Source: Minisyncoccota bacterium
GTDB lineage: Bacteria > Patescibacteriota > Minisyncoccia > Phycocordibacterales > JBAYGS01
Assembly: GCA_041666545.1 (NCBI GenBank)
Contig: JBAYGS010000006.1
Coordinates: forward strand, 1,154-65,153
Reading direction: 5' to 3'
DNA: 64,000 nucleotides
Shown here: piece by piece, positions 9,143 to 19,633 of the stretch
Layout: each line of letters begins with the position of its first letter
Position numbering within the stretch: the first letter of the stretch is position 1
Notes under the pieces: generated by a model
The model's database searches: none
Seen by the model: the letters and a program-made list of their open reading frames with translations, nothing else
What the model was told of the DNA's origin: nothing
Position numbers and translations under genes: made by a program

Positions 9143-9757
9143 TTAGATGGATTTGAGGAGATCGAGGAGGGATTGGTCGCCAAGATTTTGAGCAATCCCC
9201 TTTTCAATAATTGCCCGAGCCTTGGCCTTGTCTTTTAAGACTTCGAGATAGAAGTTGGCTGTCTGAAAATACAAATATGACATTGCCGGGTCAAGCTCAA
9301 TAGCCTTTAAATAGTTCGCTTCGGCCTTAATTGGGTCGTTTAGATACATTGAGTACAAGTTTGCCAGATTACCGTAGTAGACAGAGGCGCCCGGGTCTAA
9401 TGCGACAGCGTATTCCCAGGCCTCTTTGGCTCCAACATAATCCTGATTCCCTTTCCGATAAATCCCGAGTGCTAGCCAGCGTTCAGCAAAATTGGGATTA
9501 ACTTTTAAGTCAGCGATGAGCTCTTGGATTTTTTGAGAGTTGGCCGCTTGGATAATCGGGTCAGTGCCGGCCGGAAAGACAACCGGCCGATCAAGGTTTG
9601 GCACCGGCAAGACAACTTTTGACACAGTTGAAGTTGCCACCTCGGAGACCGGCGAAGTTGGAGTTTTACCAACCAAGTTGGTCATAACCAAATAAGCAAT
9701 TAACCCTAACGCCACAACGATGATTAAAATATAAACAATTTTTTTGGTTCTAGTCAT
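9143..9757 (-). CDS. Membrane-anchored TPR-repeat protein
   Basis: N-terminal TM helix. TPR-like repeats (WLALGIYRKGNQDYVGAKEAWEYAVALDP...). Confidence 0.6.
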   Translation of the reverse strand: MTRTKKIVYILIIVVALGLIAYLVMTNLVGKTPTSPVSEVATSTVSKVVLPVPNLDRPVVFPAGTDPIIQAANSQKIQELIADLKVNPNFAERWLALGIYRKGNQDYVGAKEAWEYAVALDPGASVYYGNLANLYSMYLNDPIKAEANYLKAIELDPAMSYLYFQTANFYLEVLKDKAKARAIIEKGIAQNLGDQSLLDLLKSI

Positions 9758-9793
9758 AAGTAGGAAAATATTAACACAAAAGCCGGAAATGCA

Positions 9794-9819
9794 AAAACCA
9801 CCCCTTGCGGGGTGGTTTT
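9794..9819 (-). terminator. Intrinsic terminator of the large surface-protein gene
   Basis: AAAACCACCCC-TTGC-GGGGTGGTTTT. The T-run is on the minus strand. Confidence 0.55.
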
Positions 9820-9863
9820 CGAAACCTTCAACCTATACTTTCGTATAAATTGATCCTAACGGT

Positions 9864-12800
9864 TTAGTTAGCCCGTGTCCAAGTCTGGATTGGGAAGGCG
9901 GTATTGGATGGGAATCCAGGCATACCGTATCCGTTGGTCCAGTCTAGGTTGCTTTGTGTAGCAGCTGTAGCGACAGGGGTTGTGGTCGAGAACGGCGACC
10001 AGACGATGTTATCGGTGTTAGCAGCGCCAAGTTCGACTGAAGTGACCGTACCCATGTTGTTTGCCAACGAAGGGTATGAGGTGTCAGCGAGAAGGGCGAG
10101 GTTAACAGACTCCGACACAGAAGCGGTGTCAGTCGCAGTTGAAGCCTTCAAGATGTAAGTCTTTGAGCTGTTAGCTGGAATGATTTGAGCTTCTGAGGTT
10201 CCACTAGCAGTAATTTCCAAGACATCACCCTCGGTTGAGTTGACAGTGACAGCAGAGGTATTGAAGGCCACTGAATCGCCGTAGAGAGTGAAGCCGTTAA
10301 CATTGCCACCTGTTGTAGCAAGTGAGAATGTGAACTTCTGGAAGACTACTGATCGGCTATTTGGGTTGGTGACAGTGAACTTGTACAGGTCAGCTGAAGC
10401 GGACAATGTGCCACCGTTGCTGGTAACTGTAATGTAAGGCACTGTTCGGAAGATTCTCAAACCATCAGAGGTTTGATCGGAGGTTGTTCCTGAAGAAACA
10501 GTTGAACCTGAATCAACACCAGTACCATAAGTTCCGTTGATACCAACATTCGAGCCATCTACAGATACACCGATGAAAGCACCAGGGGTACCAGTATCAG
10601 GATCTTGAACGCCGAGGTCAGCCGTGACAACGATTCGAACTGAATCACCACCCTTGGTTAGTCTAACCGGGGTTGATAGGGTTGAAGTTGCGTTGTCAGG
10701 ATTACCACCACCGAATTGAGCTTCGCCCAAGTAGTTGGCGGTAGAAACACTACCCTTGTAGAGTTTGACCTTGTTTGAGATATCAGCAGGAGAACTTGAA
10801 GCGGTGTAAGCCAGTTTCAAAGCAATCTGCTTTAGATCGATATCTTCAGTTGCACCGACAAAGTCGAAGCGTCCGATGACAACATCAGAAGCACCGGCTT
10901 GGGCCATCTTGTAGAGCAATGAGGTGTCTTCTGCGACGGTAAAGGTACCGGCGCTAGAACCTGTCATTGTCTGGCCATCAGCAATAGTGATGGTTTCAGC
11001 AATCGTAGCACCCGAGGTGACGCCAGTGACTCCCGTGTAAGAAGACTGGGCGTTGATGCCCCAGATAAAGCTACCTGAAGTGGCTGAAGACGATGAATTA
11101 CATCGCAATGACAAAGTCTTGGCGGTTCCCTTTGGAACAACTAGGCCGTTGCCAGAGAATGTAAAGGTAATGTCACTGTCGTTGCTGGTTGAAGGATCAA
11201 CCGCACTTTGAGTGACAATCGGTGAAGTTAATGACTGACCATCGTACAAATTACAGCTGGTCAAATAAGTAGCGGTAGCACCACCACTCAATGAGAGACC
11301 GATGTTGGTCAATCGAGCATCTTCTCCAGAGTTGGTTGCGTCGAGGATGTATCTAGCATACTCGAACTTCTGAGCACCAGCAACGACTGATCGAGCTGAC
11401 GGCAAAGAAGAAACCGAGATGCTAAGAGCACCTGAACGAACGGTCATCTGGGAACCAGTCAAAGTAGCGTTAGGGGTCGGAGTGATTGAGTTACCAGTGT
11501 TAACGCCTTTAACGGTAGTGAAGGCACTTGATGGGTTAGCTGCGGCAGTGAAGACGGAACCATTCCAAACTCCAGTTGGCAACTTGCCTTTCAAGTAGTA
11601 CTTGTTGGCACCGATTGGGAAGGTGACGGTAGAAGAGAAGGTGACTGTTCGAGCAGTGACCTCATCAACCGGACCGGCCAAAACTGCGCCGTTGGCATCA
11701 ACCAAGGTGACATTGTCTAGCAAACCATCAGTTGAAACTGACGAGTTGGTTCCTGACGAAGTCGCGATAGTGAATACCATAGTCTGAACAGTGATCGGCT
11801 CACCCTTAACCTCGACTGTGAAGCCCGCGATCTTTTGATCCGGAGCGTTGACAGCGATGTTGGTGGCCGGAGCGCCGACAGTATCAACGCTAACAGTCAT
11901 AGTACCGTTAGACATAGTGACCTGGGCAGCATCGTACCAAGGATCTTCAGATGAACTGAAGGCCGCGGTATCAGCAGTAGGAACAGAAGTACCGGTTTGA
12001 GGAGGAGTGACGCCATAACCATAGGTCTCACCCATCAAATCAATATCAGTTCTCTTGGCGATATCGAAGTCGATAGTTCTTGAAGAACCGCCAATGATGT
12101 CACCCTTGATAGAGATATCTTTTGAGAAACCTTTATCAATTAGAATGCCGTTACCAGGGAAGATGGAAGTAAAGTACTTACCATCAGAACTTGAAACTGC
12201 ATCGTAGCTAACACCGTCGACATAAGTCTTTAGGTTGGCCATGTCAGAAGCGGAAGCTGAACCGGTCTGATTCCAGCGAATTGATCGCAAGAAAACCTTC
12301 TCAGCTGAACCAGCAGTAACCTTTACTGAAGAGAAAGTGTACGCAGTGGTACCGATTTCTTTAGTTTGGCTAGTAGTTGGGTCATAACCACCTCGAGTCA
12401 TGGTGACAGTACCGAGGCTCAAAGTAGCGTTGATGGTGTGAGCGGCGCCAGTGATTGGAAGAACTCCAGCGACTGGGGCGTTAGCTGAAACCGAGACGAC
12501 AGTCAAAGAAGCGACTTCACCAGCGTGAACAGTGGCTTGTGCAGCCATGTTACCGCCGATAGTCAAAGTCTTTGAGGTGCCGGCCTTAACAACTACTGGG
12601 CCTGACAAAGTCAATTGATGATTTGAGTTGAAAGTCTTGGCGATTCCAATTTGGGAACCATCCTCGTCAATGAGGACGACTCCGGCAAAGTTGTCATCTT
12701 GTGCCAAGCCTGTTCGCTCAACAGTGACACCGTTAACAGACACATCGCCATCTGCACTGGCAGTCAAAGTCACTTTGGTGAATTTAACGCGAGTTGCATT

Positions 12801-13400
12801 GTAAGGAGCGAGTGAAGCTGACGGCTGAACCGGAGCGGAAACTGTTAGACCTGAACCAACTGGGGCTGTCGGAGTGGTTGGGGTAGTCGGGGTAGTTGGG
12901 ACGGTGGAAACAGGGCCACCCATGGCGTTTACTTTGGCCATCGTGAGAGAGCCGAAGTAACCTACTGCCGGGCTGATACCATTAGCAGCTTGGAATTTAG
13001 CCAAAGCTGCTTTAGTGGCAGGACCGAAGGTTGAAGTCTCATTTCCAGCTGAACCAGCGCCGGAAGCTGCGACTGCGAAACCTTTACCGTTTAGGAATTG
13101 CTGAAGGGCTTTTACATCAGCACCAGTTGAACCTACAGTGAGGCTTCTGGTGAAAGTGTAAGAACCTGCTGACGGAGCTGAAACTGGAGCGCTCCCGGTT
13201 AGGGAAGCTTTGACATTGTTGATGACACTTTGATCAGCACCGAAGCTTGAGAGTAAACCCAAGATTGACTGAACTTGCGCATCAGTAAGCGCACCGGCGC
13301 TTACAGTCTGAACTCCTACTCCTACAAAGAGAGCTAGCGCCAAGGTAACACCTAGGATGCCGGCAAAAATCTTTGCAGATTTAGTTTTTGTAATACTCAT
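9864..13400 (-). CDS. Very large secreted/surface protein with an N-terminal peptidoglycan-binding domain and long Ser/Thr/Gly-rich beta-rich repeats (ORF extends to 13505, probable start MSITKTK at 13400)
   Basis: Signal peptide. PG_binding_1-like segment (GSTGADVKALQQFLNGKGF...ALAKFQAANGI). TPTTPTTPT linker. About 1000 aa of low-complexity S/T/G/V repeats. Confidence 0.7.
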   Translation of the reverse strand: MSITKTKSAKIFAGILGVTLALALFVGVGVQTVSAGALTDAQVQSILGLLSSFGADQSVINNVKASLTGSAPVSAPSAGSYTFTRSLTVGSTGADVKALQQFLNGKGFAVAASGAGSAGNETSTFGPATKAALAKFQAANGISPAVGYFGSLTMAKVNAMGGPVSTVPTTPTTPTTPTAPVGSGLTVSAPVQPSASLAPYNATRVKFTKVTLTASADGDVSVNGVTVERTGLAQDDNFAGVVLIDEDGSQIGIAKTFNSNHQLTLSGPVVVKAGTSKTLTIGGNMAAQATVHAGEVASLTVVSVSANAPVAGVLPITGAAHTINATLSLGTVTMTRGGYDPTTSQTKEIGTTAYTFSSVKVTAGSAEKVFLRSIRWNQTGSASASDMANLKTYVDGVSYDAVSSSDGKYFTSIFPGNGILIDKGFSKDISIKGDIIGGSSRTIDFDIAKRTDIDLMGETYGYGVTPPQTGTSVPTADTAAFSSSEDPWYDAAQVTMSNGTMTVSVDTVGAPATNIAVNAPDQKIAGFTVEVKGEPITVQTMVFTIATSSGTNSSVSTDGLLDNVTLVDANGAVLAGPVDEVTARTVTFSSTVTFPIGANKYYLKGKLPTGVWNGSVFTAAANPSSAFTTVKGVNTGNSITPTPNATLTGSQMTVRSGALSISVSSLPSARSVVAGAQKFEYARYILDATNSGEDARLTNIGLSLSGGATATYLTSCNLYDGQSLTSPIVTQSAVDPSTSNDSDITFTFSGNGLVVPKGTAKTLSLRCNSSSSATSGSFIWGINAQSSYTGVTGVTSGATIAETITIADGQTMTGSSAGTFTVAEDTSLLYKMAQAGASDVVIGRFDFVGATEDIDLKQIALKLAYTASSSPADISNKVKLYKGSVSTANYLGEAQFGGGNPDNATSTLSTPVRLTKGGDSVRIVVTADLGVQDPDTGTPGAFIGVSVDGSNVGINGTYGTGVDSGSTVSSGTTSDQTSDGLRIFRTVPYITVTSNGGTLSASADLYKFTVTNPNSRSVVFQKFTFSLATTGGNVNGFTLYGDSVAFNTSAVTVNSTEGDVLEITASGTSEAQIIPANSSKTYILKASTATDTASVSESVNLALLADTSYPSLANNMGTVTSVELGAANTDNIVWSPFSTTTPVATAATQSNLDWTNGYGMPGFPSNTAFPIQTWTRAN

Positions 13401-14118
13401 AATAATAATTTTCTGATAAATTTTTAAATTTCTAATCTGTGTTCTAATAATCCTTTGGGAAGAAATTATTCTTCGCGGACTCACAACCGTTTCGACTAAA
13501 AACAAATTGCAAACGCGGACGGCAAATTTTCAAAATTAAAAACTTGACGAATTTTTAATCGGAAAAACTTTTCAGATTTTTCCGATCGCATCCAACTATT
13601 CCGGGACCTTTTGTTATCGACACAAGGTCGTCGGACTAGTGACAGAATCCATGGACATTCTTTCGTAAACAGGGTTAACCACTTTGTCGAAGTGGTTCAC
13701 GGAACAAGAAATTTCTGAAGGTCGATATTAAATTTTCAACGACCTGATGAGCACTGAAATAATGGAGTGCTGTTTAAGCAATATGCCAAATTTCGTTGGT
13801 AAATCAATACCAAAGAAATGTCGCCTCACATTGCCTATACAGAATTATAAACTCCACAGGAAATACTGTAAACAAACCGTGTGGATAACTAAAATAAGGG
13901 CTTTTTGGCCCTATCAATTTTCTGGTTATCCGTGGCTCTAATATATACCAAAAGGCCCACTTTAGTCAACCAAAAATGGCCGTATAATCCAATCTCCTTA
14001 AATTATAGAGAAAAACCGGGCAAAATTTAAGAATTCTTCCCCTGTTTCTTTGTACCCAAGATAACCACCGAAAGTGGCAAAATTAAACAAACTGAAAACC
14101 TCTAAGGAAACATAAAGG

Positions 14119-14148
14119 ACAAAAACGAGCCCTTCGGCTCGTTTTTGT
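14119..14148 (-). terminator. Bidirectional-looking intrinsic terminator for the 14171..14974 gene
   Basis: ACAAAAACGAGCC-CTTC-GGCTCGTTTTTGT. Confidence 0.55.
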
Positions 14149-14170
14149 CCTTTATGTCCTTTATAAATTA

Positions 14171-14974
14171 TTAGTCTTTTTGGACCAAGGAATATTTACT
14201 CCAACGTCTCTCGCCCACCTTCTTAAGGACACCTTCGGCCAACATCGCAATTAATTCTCTTTGAATGGTTTTTTCACTACAGTCTTTTATGACACCAGAA
14301 AAATCTTTAATTGTAAGCTCTTTTCCATTTTTTAAAAGTTTAATAATCACCTCCCTGCGACTGTCCTTTTTGACTTGCTTCTCAACTTTCGACACCTCGA
14401 CATTAGAGACAGACCGGATCTGGGCCCGACCCTTTGTCACCCCGCCAACTGCTTCGTCGCTGGTTTTATTTAAGGCTTTGTCCTTTAAATTTGAAAAGCT
14501 ATTACTGTTTAATTGCACCGAGCTCATTTCCGGCGCAGCAAAAAAGTTTTGAGGAAAAATCGGCAAGGCTGGTTTCTCAACATAGTTACGGAGCGCCCCG
14601 AGAAACCCGAAAAATTCATCTCGAATAAGTTCAGTGTTCGAGACCGAAATTAAACCACTAGTCTTCCCTGCCTCTAAAAGAGCCACCAACTCCAAAACCC
14701 CTGAAGACAGATTATCAAGGACAATTTTCCTTTCCGATTCGAGCGAACGGTACATCAAATCCATGCTGTCTTCTAAAAGACGCAAAGCTTGAGACCGAAG
14801 TGCCAAACGCATCGGTTCACCTTCCGGCAAAGTGTCGCTGATGAGATAAGTCCCGGCCACTAACCTTTCTGTCTTTTTATATAAAAAGGCGCTCTCATTG
14901 CCTTTATTAGGCAAAAAGGTCACATAGGAGGAGGGTAAACTTTGTCCTTTATTTGATTGGTTTTGACTGTCCAT
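14171..14974 (-). CDS. Hypothetical protein with a C-terminal winged-helix DNA-binding-like region
   Basis: 267 aa. C-terminus ELTIKDFSGVIKDCSEKTIQRELIAMLAEGVLKKVGERRWSKYSL resembles a wHTH. Confidence 0.4.
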   Translation of the reverse strand: MDSQNQSNKGQSLPSSYVTFLPNKGNESAFLYKKTERLVAGTYLISDTLPEGEPMRLALRSQALRLLEDSMDLMYRSLESERKIVLDNLSSGVLELVALLEAGKTSGLISVSNTELIRDEFFGFLGALRNYVEKPALPIFPQNFFAAPEMSSVQLNSNSFSNLKDKALNKTSDEAVGGVTKGRAQIRSVSNVEVSKVEKQVKKDSRREVIIKLLKNGKELTIKDFSGVIKDCSEKTIQRELIAMLAEGVLKKVGERRWSKYSLVQKD

Positions 14975-15078
14975 TAGAGTGTCCTTTATGGGTGTCTTTT
15001 ACGATTTTGTTAAAAAATTCAAAAAGACATTTTAGGCAGGTCCATTATATAAAAGACAAGATAAAAGGCAAGCAGTTG

Positions 15079-15200
15079 GGAACCCTTACGAATAGGGCAC
15101 ACGAATAAAGTATGCGAATAGCGAAACCACAAATACGCACACACGAATTCAGCTATTCGTGTCATTCGTCCTCATTCGTGTATTGGTGTCGTGTGCCAAA
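15079..15200. promoter_or_regulatory. Divergent promoter region carrying convergent arrays of ACGAAT (x4) and ATTCGT (x3) direct repeats
   Basis: ACGAAT at about 15088, 15102, 15114 and 15153. ATTCGT at about 15165, 15174 and 15183. 40-bp block ATTCGTGTCATTCGTCCTCATTCGTGTATTGGTGTCGTG. Related copies at 3944-3971, 21039-21080 and 21801-21853. Confidence 0.4.
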
Positions 15201-15270
15201 TTATTTTAATGTCAAAATTTTCTACTATCCCTAGCGTGATGCTATAATTGAGCAAACAAATCAAATAATT

Positions 15271-17559
15271 ATGGCAAAAAAGAAAAACAGAGACCGCTCC
15301 GAAAATTCCGAAGGTGGTAGTGGAAAATTTTGGAAATTTAGTGACTTAAAATCTGAAACTAGGCAAGGTGTCTTTGCAATCATCGCCTCAGTTTTTACCT
15401 TATTTTTTATTTTAGCCGCCTTCGACAAGGCCGGCTTTTTGGGTGAAAAGACTTACGGACTACTCCACTACCTTTTAGGAGCCGGCTATTTTCTTTTGCC
15501 GCTTTTGGGGGTAATGCTTGCCATTAGTTTATTCAAATCGCTGGATCGCCACTTTGATTCCCTGCAAGCCATCGGCGCGCTAATCTTTTTCCTCTCCGGT
15601 CTTGGCATTGTCGAATTGGTTGCCCCGGGCAAAGGTGGCGAGGTTGGTTCGCTAATCGCGAGCCCGATTTACAAACTTTTTGATCTGTATGCCGGTTTGA
15701 TTATCTTAGCCGCCCTTTTGGTGATTTCCCTGTTTATAATTTTTGACACTAACCTCCTCACCCACTTCGGCGGGCTCTGGCAGAAACTTTTCAATCGCAA
15801 CAAAAAGGAAAAAGTCAGGGAAATGAAAATTATCGGTGGCGAAAATTTGGAGGACGAAGAAGTCGGGCCGGAATCTGATTCGGATGAAGACGAAGAAAGT
15901 GAAAACGATGAGGATGAAGAAGTGGCCACTCAAATTGAAAAGCCTAAAAAGTTAAAAGTTAAAGGTGGTGAAGAGGCCGATTCGGTCGAAGGTATCGCCC
16001 TTACTCCACGACACATCTCATTCAAAAAATTTGTCCCTATCCCTCTCTCCTTACTTGAAACCGACAAAGGCAAACCGGGGGTCGGTGACATCAAAGCCAA
16101 CGCCAACATCATCAAGCGCACTTTGCAGAACTTCGGCATCACGGTTGAGATGGACGAGATCTCGATTGGCCCGTCGGTCACCCGCTATTCCCTAAAACCA
16201 GCTGAGGGTGTCAAACTCTCCCGTATTGTCGCCTTGAACAACGACCTCTCATTGGCTTTGGCAGCTCACCCAATTCGCATCGAGGCCCCTATCCCGGGCA
16301 AATCTTTGGTTGGCATCGAAATTCCTAACAGTATTAAAAGTACAGTTGGCCTCGCTACCCTACTCTCGAGCCCCGACTTCCAGACCTCCGAAAAACCTTT
16401 GATGGTTTCCTTGGGCAAAGGCATCTCGGGCATTTCGCACTTCGCCAACTTGGCCAAAATGCCTCACCTTTTGATTGCCGGCGCCACCGGCTCCGGTAAA
16501 TCAGTCACCATCCACGCCATCATCACCTCCCTCTTATTCCGAAATTCTCCAGAGAACATGAAGCTCATCTTAATCGACCCGAAACGAGTCGAGCTTACTC
16601 TTTATAACAAAATCCCTCACCTGCTCACTCCAGTCATCACTGACCCAAAAAAGGCAATCTTGGCCCTCAAGTGGGCAGCTAAAGAAATGGACCGACGTTA
16701 TGACATCCTCGAGTCAGAGTCCGTGCGAGACATTGATTCTTACCACAAGACCGTCTTAATGCCGGAAATGAAGAAGCTTGAGAAGCGGGACGGTGAAGTT
16801 GCCGATGGCGAAAAATTGCCCGAACCAATGCCTTACATCGCGATTGTCATCGATGAGTTGGCCGATATTATGACTTCTTATCCACGAGAATTAGAATCGG
16901 CCATTGTCCGTCTTGCCCAGATGAGCCGTGCCGTCGGTATTCACCTGATTCTTTCGACCCAGCGACCATCAGTCAATGTTATTACCGGTCTTATTAAAGC
17001 CAACGTGCCGGCTCGAATCGCCCTCCAAGTTTCGTCCCAAATCGACTCCCGTACCATTCTTGACACCGGTGGTGCCGAAAAACTTTTGGGTGCCGGTGAT
17101 ATGCTTTATCTCTCTGGCGAAATGTCCAAACCCGCCCGAATTCAATCGGCCTTTATCTCTGAAACTGAAGTTAAAAAAGTTGTAAAGTTCTTGGCCCAAA
17201 GCTACGAGACCGAAATTCCTCAAGATATCACTGCAATCCCCGGCCAAGGCAATGGCGATAGTCTGATATTCTCTCAAGTTTCTTTTAACGACGAAGAAGC
17301 CCTTGAAGATGACGACGAACTTTATGAGCAGGCGCGCGAGGAAGTGTTGCACGCCGGCAAGGCTTCGACTTCCTACATTCAGAGAAAATTGCGCGTCGGT
17401 TACGCCAGAGCTGCTCGCTTGATGGACATCTTAGAGGAACGCGGTGTTATCGGACCGGCTGATGGTGCCAAGCCTAGAGAGGTTCTAATCGGCAAATCAG
17501 AGGAAGCCGATTTCGGCAAGACTCCGGAAGACAGCTCGGCCCCAAAAGTAGAAAATTAA
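15271..17559 (+). CDS. ftsK: DNA translocase FtsK/SpoIIIE
   Basis: N-terminal TM region. Acidic linker. Walker A GATGSGKS. C-terminal gamma wHTH domain. Confidence 0.9.
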   Translation: MAKKKNRDRSENSEGGSGKFWKFSDLKSETRQGVFAIIASVFTLFFILAAFDKAGFLGEKTYGLLHYLLGAGYFLLPLLGVMLAISLFKSLDRHFDSLQAIGALIFFLSGLGIVELVAPGKGGEVGSLIASPIYKLFDLYAGLIILAALLVISLFIIFDTNLLTHFGGLWQKLFNRNKKEKVREMKIIGGENLEDEEVGPESDSDEDEESENDEDEEVATQIEKPKKLKVKGGEEADSVEGIALTPRHISFKKFVPIPLSLLETDKGKPGVGDIKANANIIKRTLQNFGITVEMDEISIGPSVTRYSLKPAEGVKLSRIVALNNDLSLALAAHPIRIEAPIPGKSLVGIEIPNSIKSTVGLATLLSSPDFQTSEKPLMVSLGKGISGISHFANLAKMPHLLIAGATGSGKSVTIHAIITSLLFRNSPENMKLILIDPKRVELTLYNKIPHLLTPVITDPKKAILALKWAAKEMDRRYDILESESVRDIDSYHKTVLMPEMKKLEKRDGEVADGEKLPEPMPYIAIVIDELADIMTSYPRELESAIVRLAQMSRAVGIHLILSTQRPSVNVITGLIKANVPARIALQVSSQIDSRTILDTGGAEKLLGAGDMLYLSGEMSKPARIQSAFISETEVKKVVKFLAQSYETEIPQDITAIPGQGNGDSLIFSQVSFNDEEALEDDDELYEQAREEVLHAGKASTSYIQRKLRVGYARAARLMDILEERGVIGPADGAKPREVLIGKSEEADFGKTPEDSSAPKVEN

Positions 17560-17560
17560 T

Positions 17561-17914
17561 ATGGGAACCCCTCGCAAAGCTGCCTTCTACCTCCGAACCG
17601 CCTTAATTACCATCTTTGTTCTATTTATCGCCGGCTATGCCTTCTATCAGTCCAAGAACCTGCGCGAAGGACCTCTACTTATGGTTGATACGCCTTTAAA
17701 CGGATCTTTGGCCACAACCTCCCTAATCACCATTGCCGGCACCGCCAAAAACATCACGGCCATATCTCTAAACGGCCGAGCAATTTATGTCGACGAAACC
17801 GGCCATTTTGATGAAAAATTGCTCCTCTCATACGGCTATAATATAATTACGCTCAGTGCAAAAGATAAGTTTGGCAGAAGTGTCAGTAAGAAATTAGAAT
17901 TGGTTTATAAATAA
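17561..17914 (+). CDS. Small membrane-anchored hypothetical protein
   Basis: 117-aa ORF that starts 2 nt after the ftsK stop and has one TM helix. Confidence 0.4.
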   Translation: MGTPRKAAFYLRTALITIFVLFIAGYAFYQSKNLREGPLLMVDTPLNGSLATTSLITIAGTAKNITAISLNGRAIYVDETGHFDEKLLLSYGYNIITLSAKDKFGRSVSKKLELVYK

Positions 17915-17988
17915 TTATTAATTAATCTAAAATTTTGAATTTTGATTTGTCATTTTACATTTTGAGATTTGAATTTTACATTTAAAAT

Positions 17989-19050
17989 ATGGCCTTCAAG
18001 AAAAAAGTAAAGGAAGCAAAAGTCTCAGGAGCGAACATTGACGATACCTTGGCAGCAATCCGAACGAAATTCGGCGACGACTCAATCATGAAACTTGGCG
18101 AAAGGCCAAAAGTTGATTTAGATGTCATCCCAACCGGTTCAATCGGCTTGGACGCCGCCCTCGGTGTCGGCGGTGTCCCACGCGGCCGAATTATCGAAAT
18201 CTTCGGTCCAGAATCATCCGGCAAAACCACTCTCGCCCTTCATATCGTTGCCGAAGCCCAGAAAAAAGGCGGTATTTGTGCCTACGTTGACGCTGAGCAT
18301 GCCATGGACCCAGAATACTCGCGCAAGCTGGGTGTTAAAATTGATGATCTCCTACTCTCCCAGCCGGATACCGGTGAGCAGGGCCTGGAAATTACTGAAA
18401 GCTTGGTACGCTCCGGAAAAATTGATGTTATTGTCATCGACTCAGTTGCGGCGCTCACCCCGAAGGATGAGATCGAGGGTGATATGGGTCAATCGCATGT
18501 CGGCAAACAGGCCAGGCTAATGTCTCAAGCTCTCCGCAAACTTACCGCCATTGTCGCCCGCTCCAAAACTATCGTCATCTTCATCAATCAAATTCGTATG
18601 CAAATTGGCGTGATGTTCGGTAACCCCGAAACAACTCCTGGTGGCAAAGCTTTGAAATTCTACACTTCGATCCGTCTTGATGTTCGCCGAATTGCCCAAA
18701 TTAAAAAGGGCGAAGAGATTGTCGGTGGCCGAGTTCGAGTTAAGGTCGTTAAAAACAAAGTCGCGGCGCCATTCAAACAGACCGAATTCGATTTGATGTA
18801 CAACGAGGGCATTTCCCGCGAAGGTGAAATTATTGCATTGGGCGAGAAATTCGGCTTGATTAAAAAAGTCGGTCAATCATACAAATATGGCGAGCTCTCG
18901 CTTGGTCGCGGCTATGACGCCACCCGTCAATTCTTGAGAGACAAGGAAAACAAGAAAATCGCCGAAGAAATTTTAAAGCAAATCAAGACAACCCTTAAAG
19001 ATGGCACCGCCATTGCCGGAGCTCCAGAGCCAGACGCTAACGAAGAATAA
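17989..19050 (+). CDS. recA: Recombinase RecA
   Basis: GPESSGKTT Walker A. Full-length RecA-like sequence. Confidence 0.95.
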   Translation: MAFKKKVKEAKVSGANIDDTLAAIRTKFGDDSIMKLGERPKVDLDVIPTGSIGLDAALGVGGVPRGRIIEIFGPESSGKTTLALHIVAEAQKKGGICAYVDAEHAMDPEYSRKLGVKIDDLLLSQPDTGEQGLEITESLVRSGKIDVIVIDSVAALTPKDEIEGDMGQSHVGKQARLMSQALRKLTAIVARSKTIVIFINQIRMQIGVMFGNPETTPGGKALKFYTSIRLDVRRIAQIKKGEEIVGGRVRVKVVKNKVAAPFKQTEFDLMYNEGISREGEIIALGEKFGLIKKVGQSYKYGELSLGRGYDATRQFLRDKENKKIAEEILKQIKTTLKDGTAIAGAPEPDANEE

Positions 19051-19072
19051 TCCTAGACAAAATTAGACAACT

Positions 19073-19519
19073 ATGAAAAAACATCACTTAATGCCCAACA
19101 CAGGTAGGACATCTAGTCAGATTCTAATGTTATCGGCAGTCATTACCGTCGCCTTACTTTTGATTTTTTTGATCTCTGCCTCCAGAAGCAATCCCTACGC
19201 GGGTCTAGTAATTTTCGCTGCGCTAATTATTGGTCCAGTGTTTATCTTAATTTTTGCCATATTTTCTAGTTCACTCGATAGCCAGAAAACCACACTGAAC
19301 TCATCCCCAAATGGACACAGGTCTGTAAGACAGAAATATCGTTGGACGGCAATCCTCGTGGTAATTAGTTTCCTCGCTAGTACTATATATTGGGCCGATA
19401 GCGAATTTTTACTTTTTCTTCCCCCATTTTTAATTGGCTGGAGCCTAATTGTAGGCTACATAATCGACAGGGTACGCAACCGACAGATAAGAAAGGAGAC
19501 TCCTACCAGCCAAAATTAA
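19073..19519 (+). CDS. Membrane protein of unknown function
   Basis: 148 aa with 3-4 TM helices. Confidence 0.4.
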   Translation: MKKHHLMPNTGRTSSQILMLSAVITVALLLIFLISASRSNPYAGLVIFAALIIGPVFILIFAIFSSSLDSQKTTLNSSPNGHRSVRQKYRWTAILVVISFLASTIYWADSEFLLFLPPFLIGWSLIVGYIIDRVRNRQIRKETPTSQN

Positions 19520-19633
19520 ACTTGCCCTAGAGAAAAGTCTAGGCTAGAATGGCCTTTGTCTATTTGATTTATTATTATCTAAACCCTAAACCTGCCTACC
19601 GGCAGGCAGGCGCTAACCCCTAAACCCTTCCCA

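Noticed and set aside
9864-10010. C-terminus of the giant surface protein as a DGR variable repeat
   Set aside because: No matching template repeat is in the window. The C-terminal sequence lacks the Asn/Tyr-rich CLec-type VR signature. It is 50 kb from the RT.
13741-13790. CTGATGA followed by a hairpin (hammerhead-ribozyme-like start)
   Set aside because: Stem II is not followed by the obligatory GAAA, and no stem I/III partners are present. Judged a chance match.
19555-19625. CCCTAAA-type telomere-like repeats
   Set aside because: Only two or three units are present. They are better explained as part of the short TAACCCCTAAAC inverted-repeat motif around efp.
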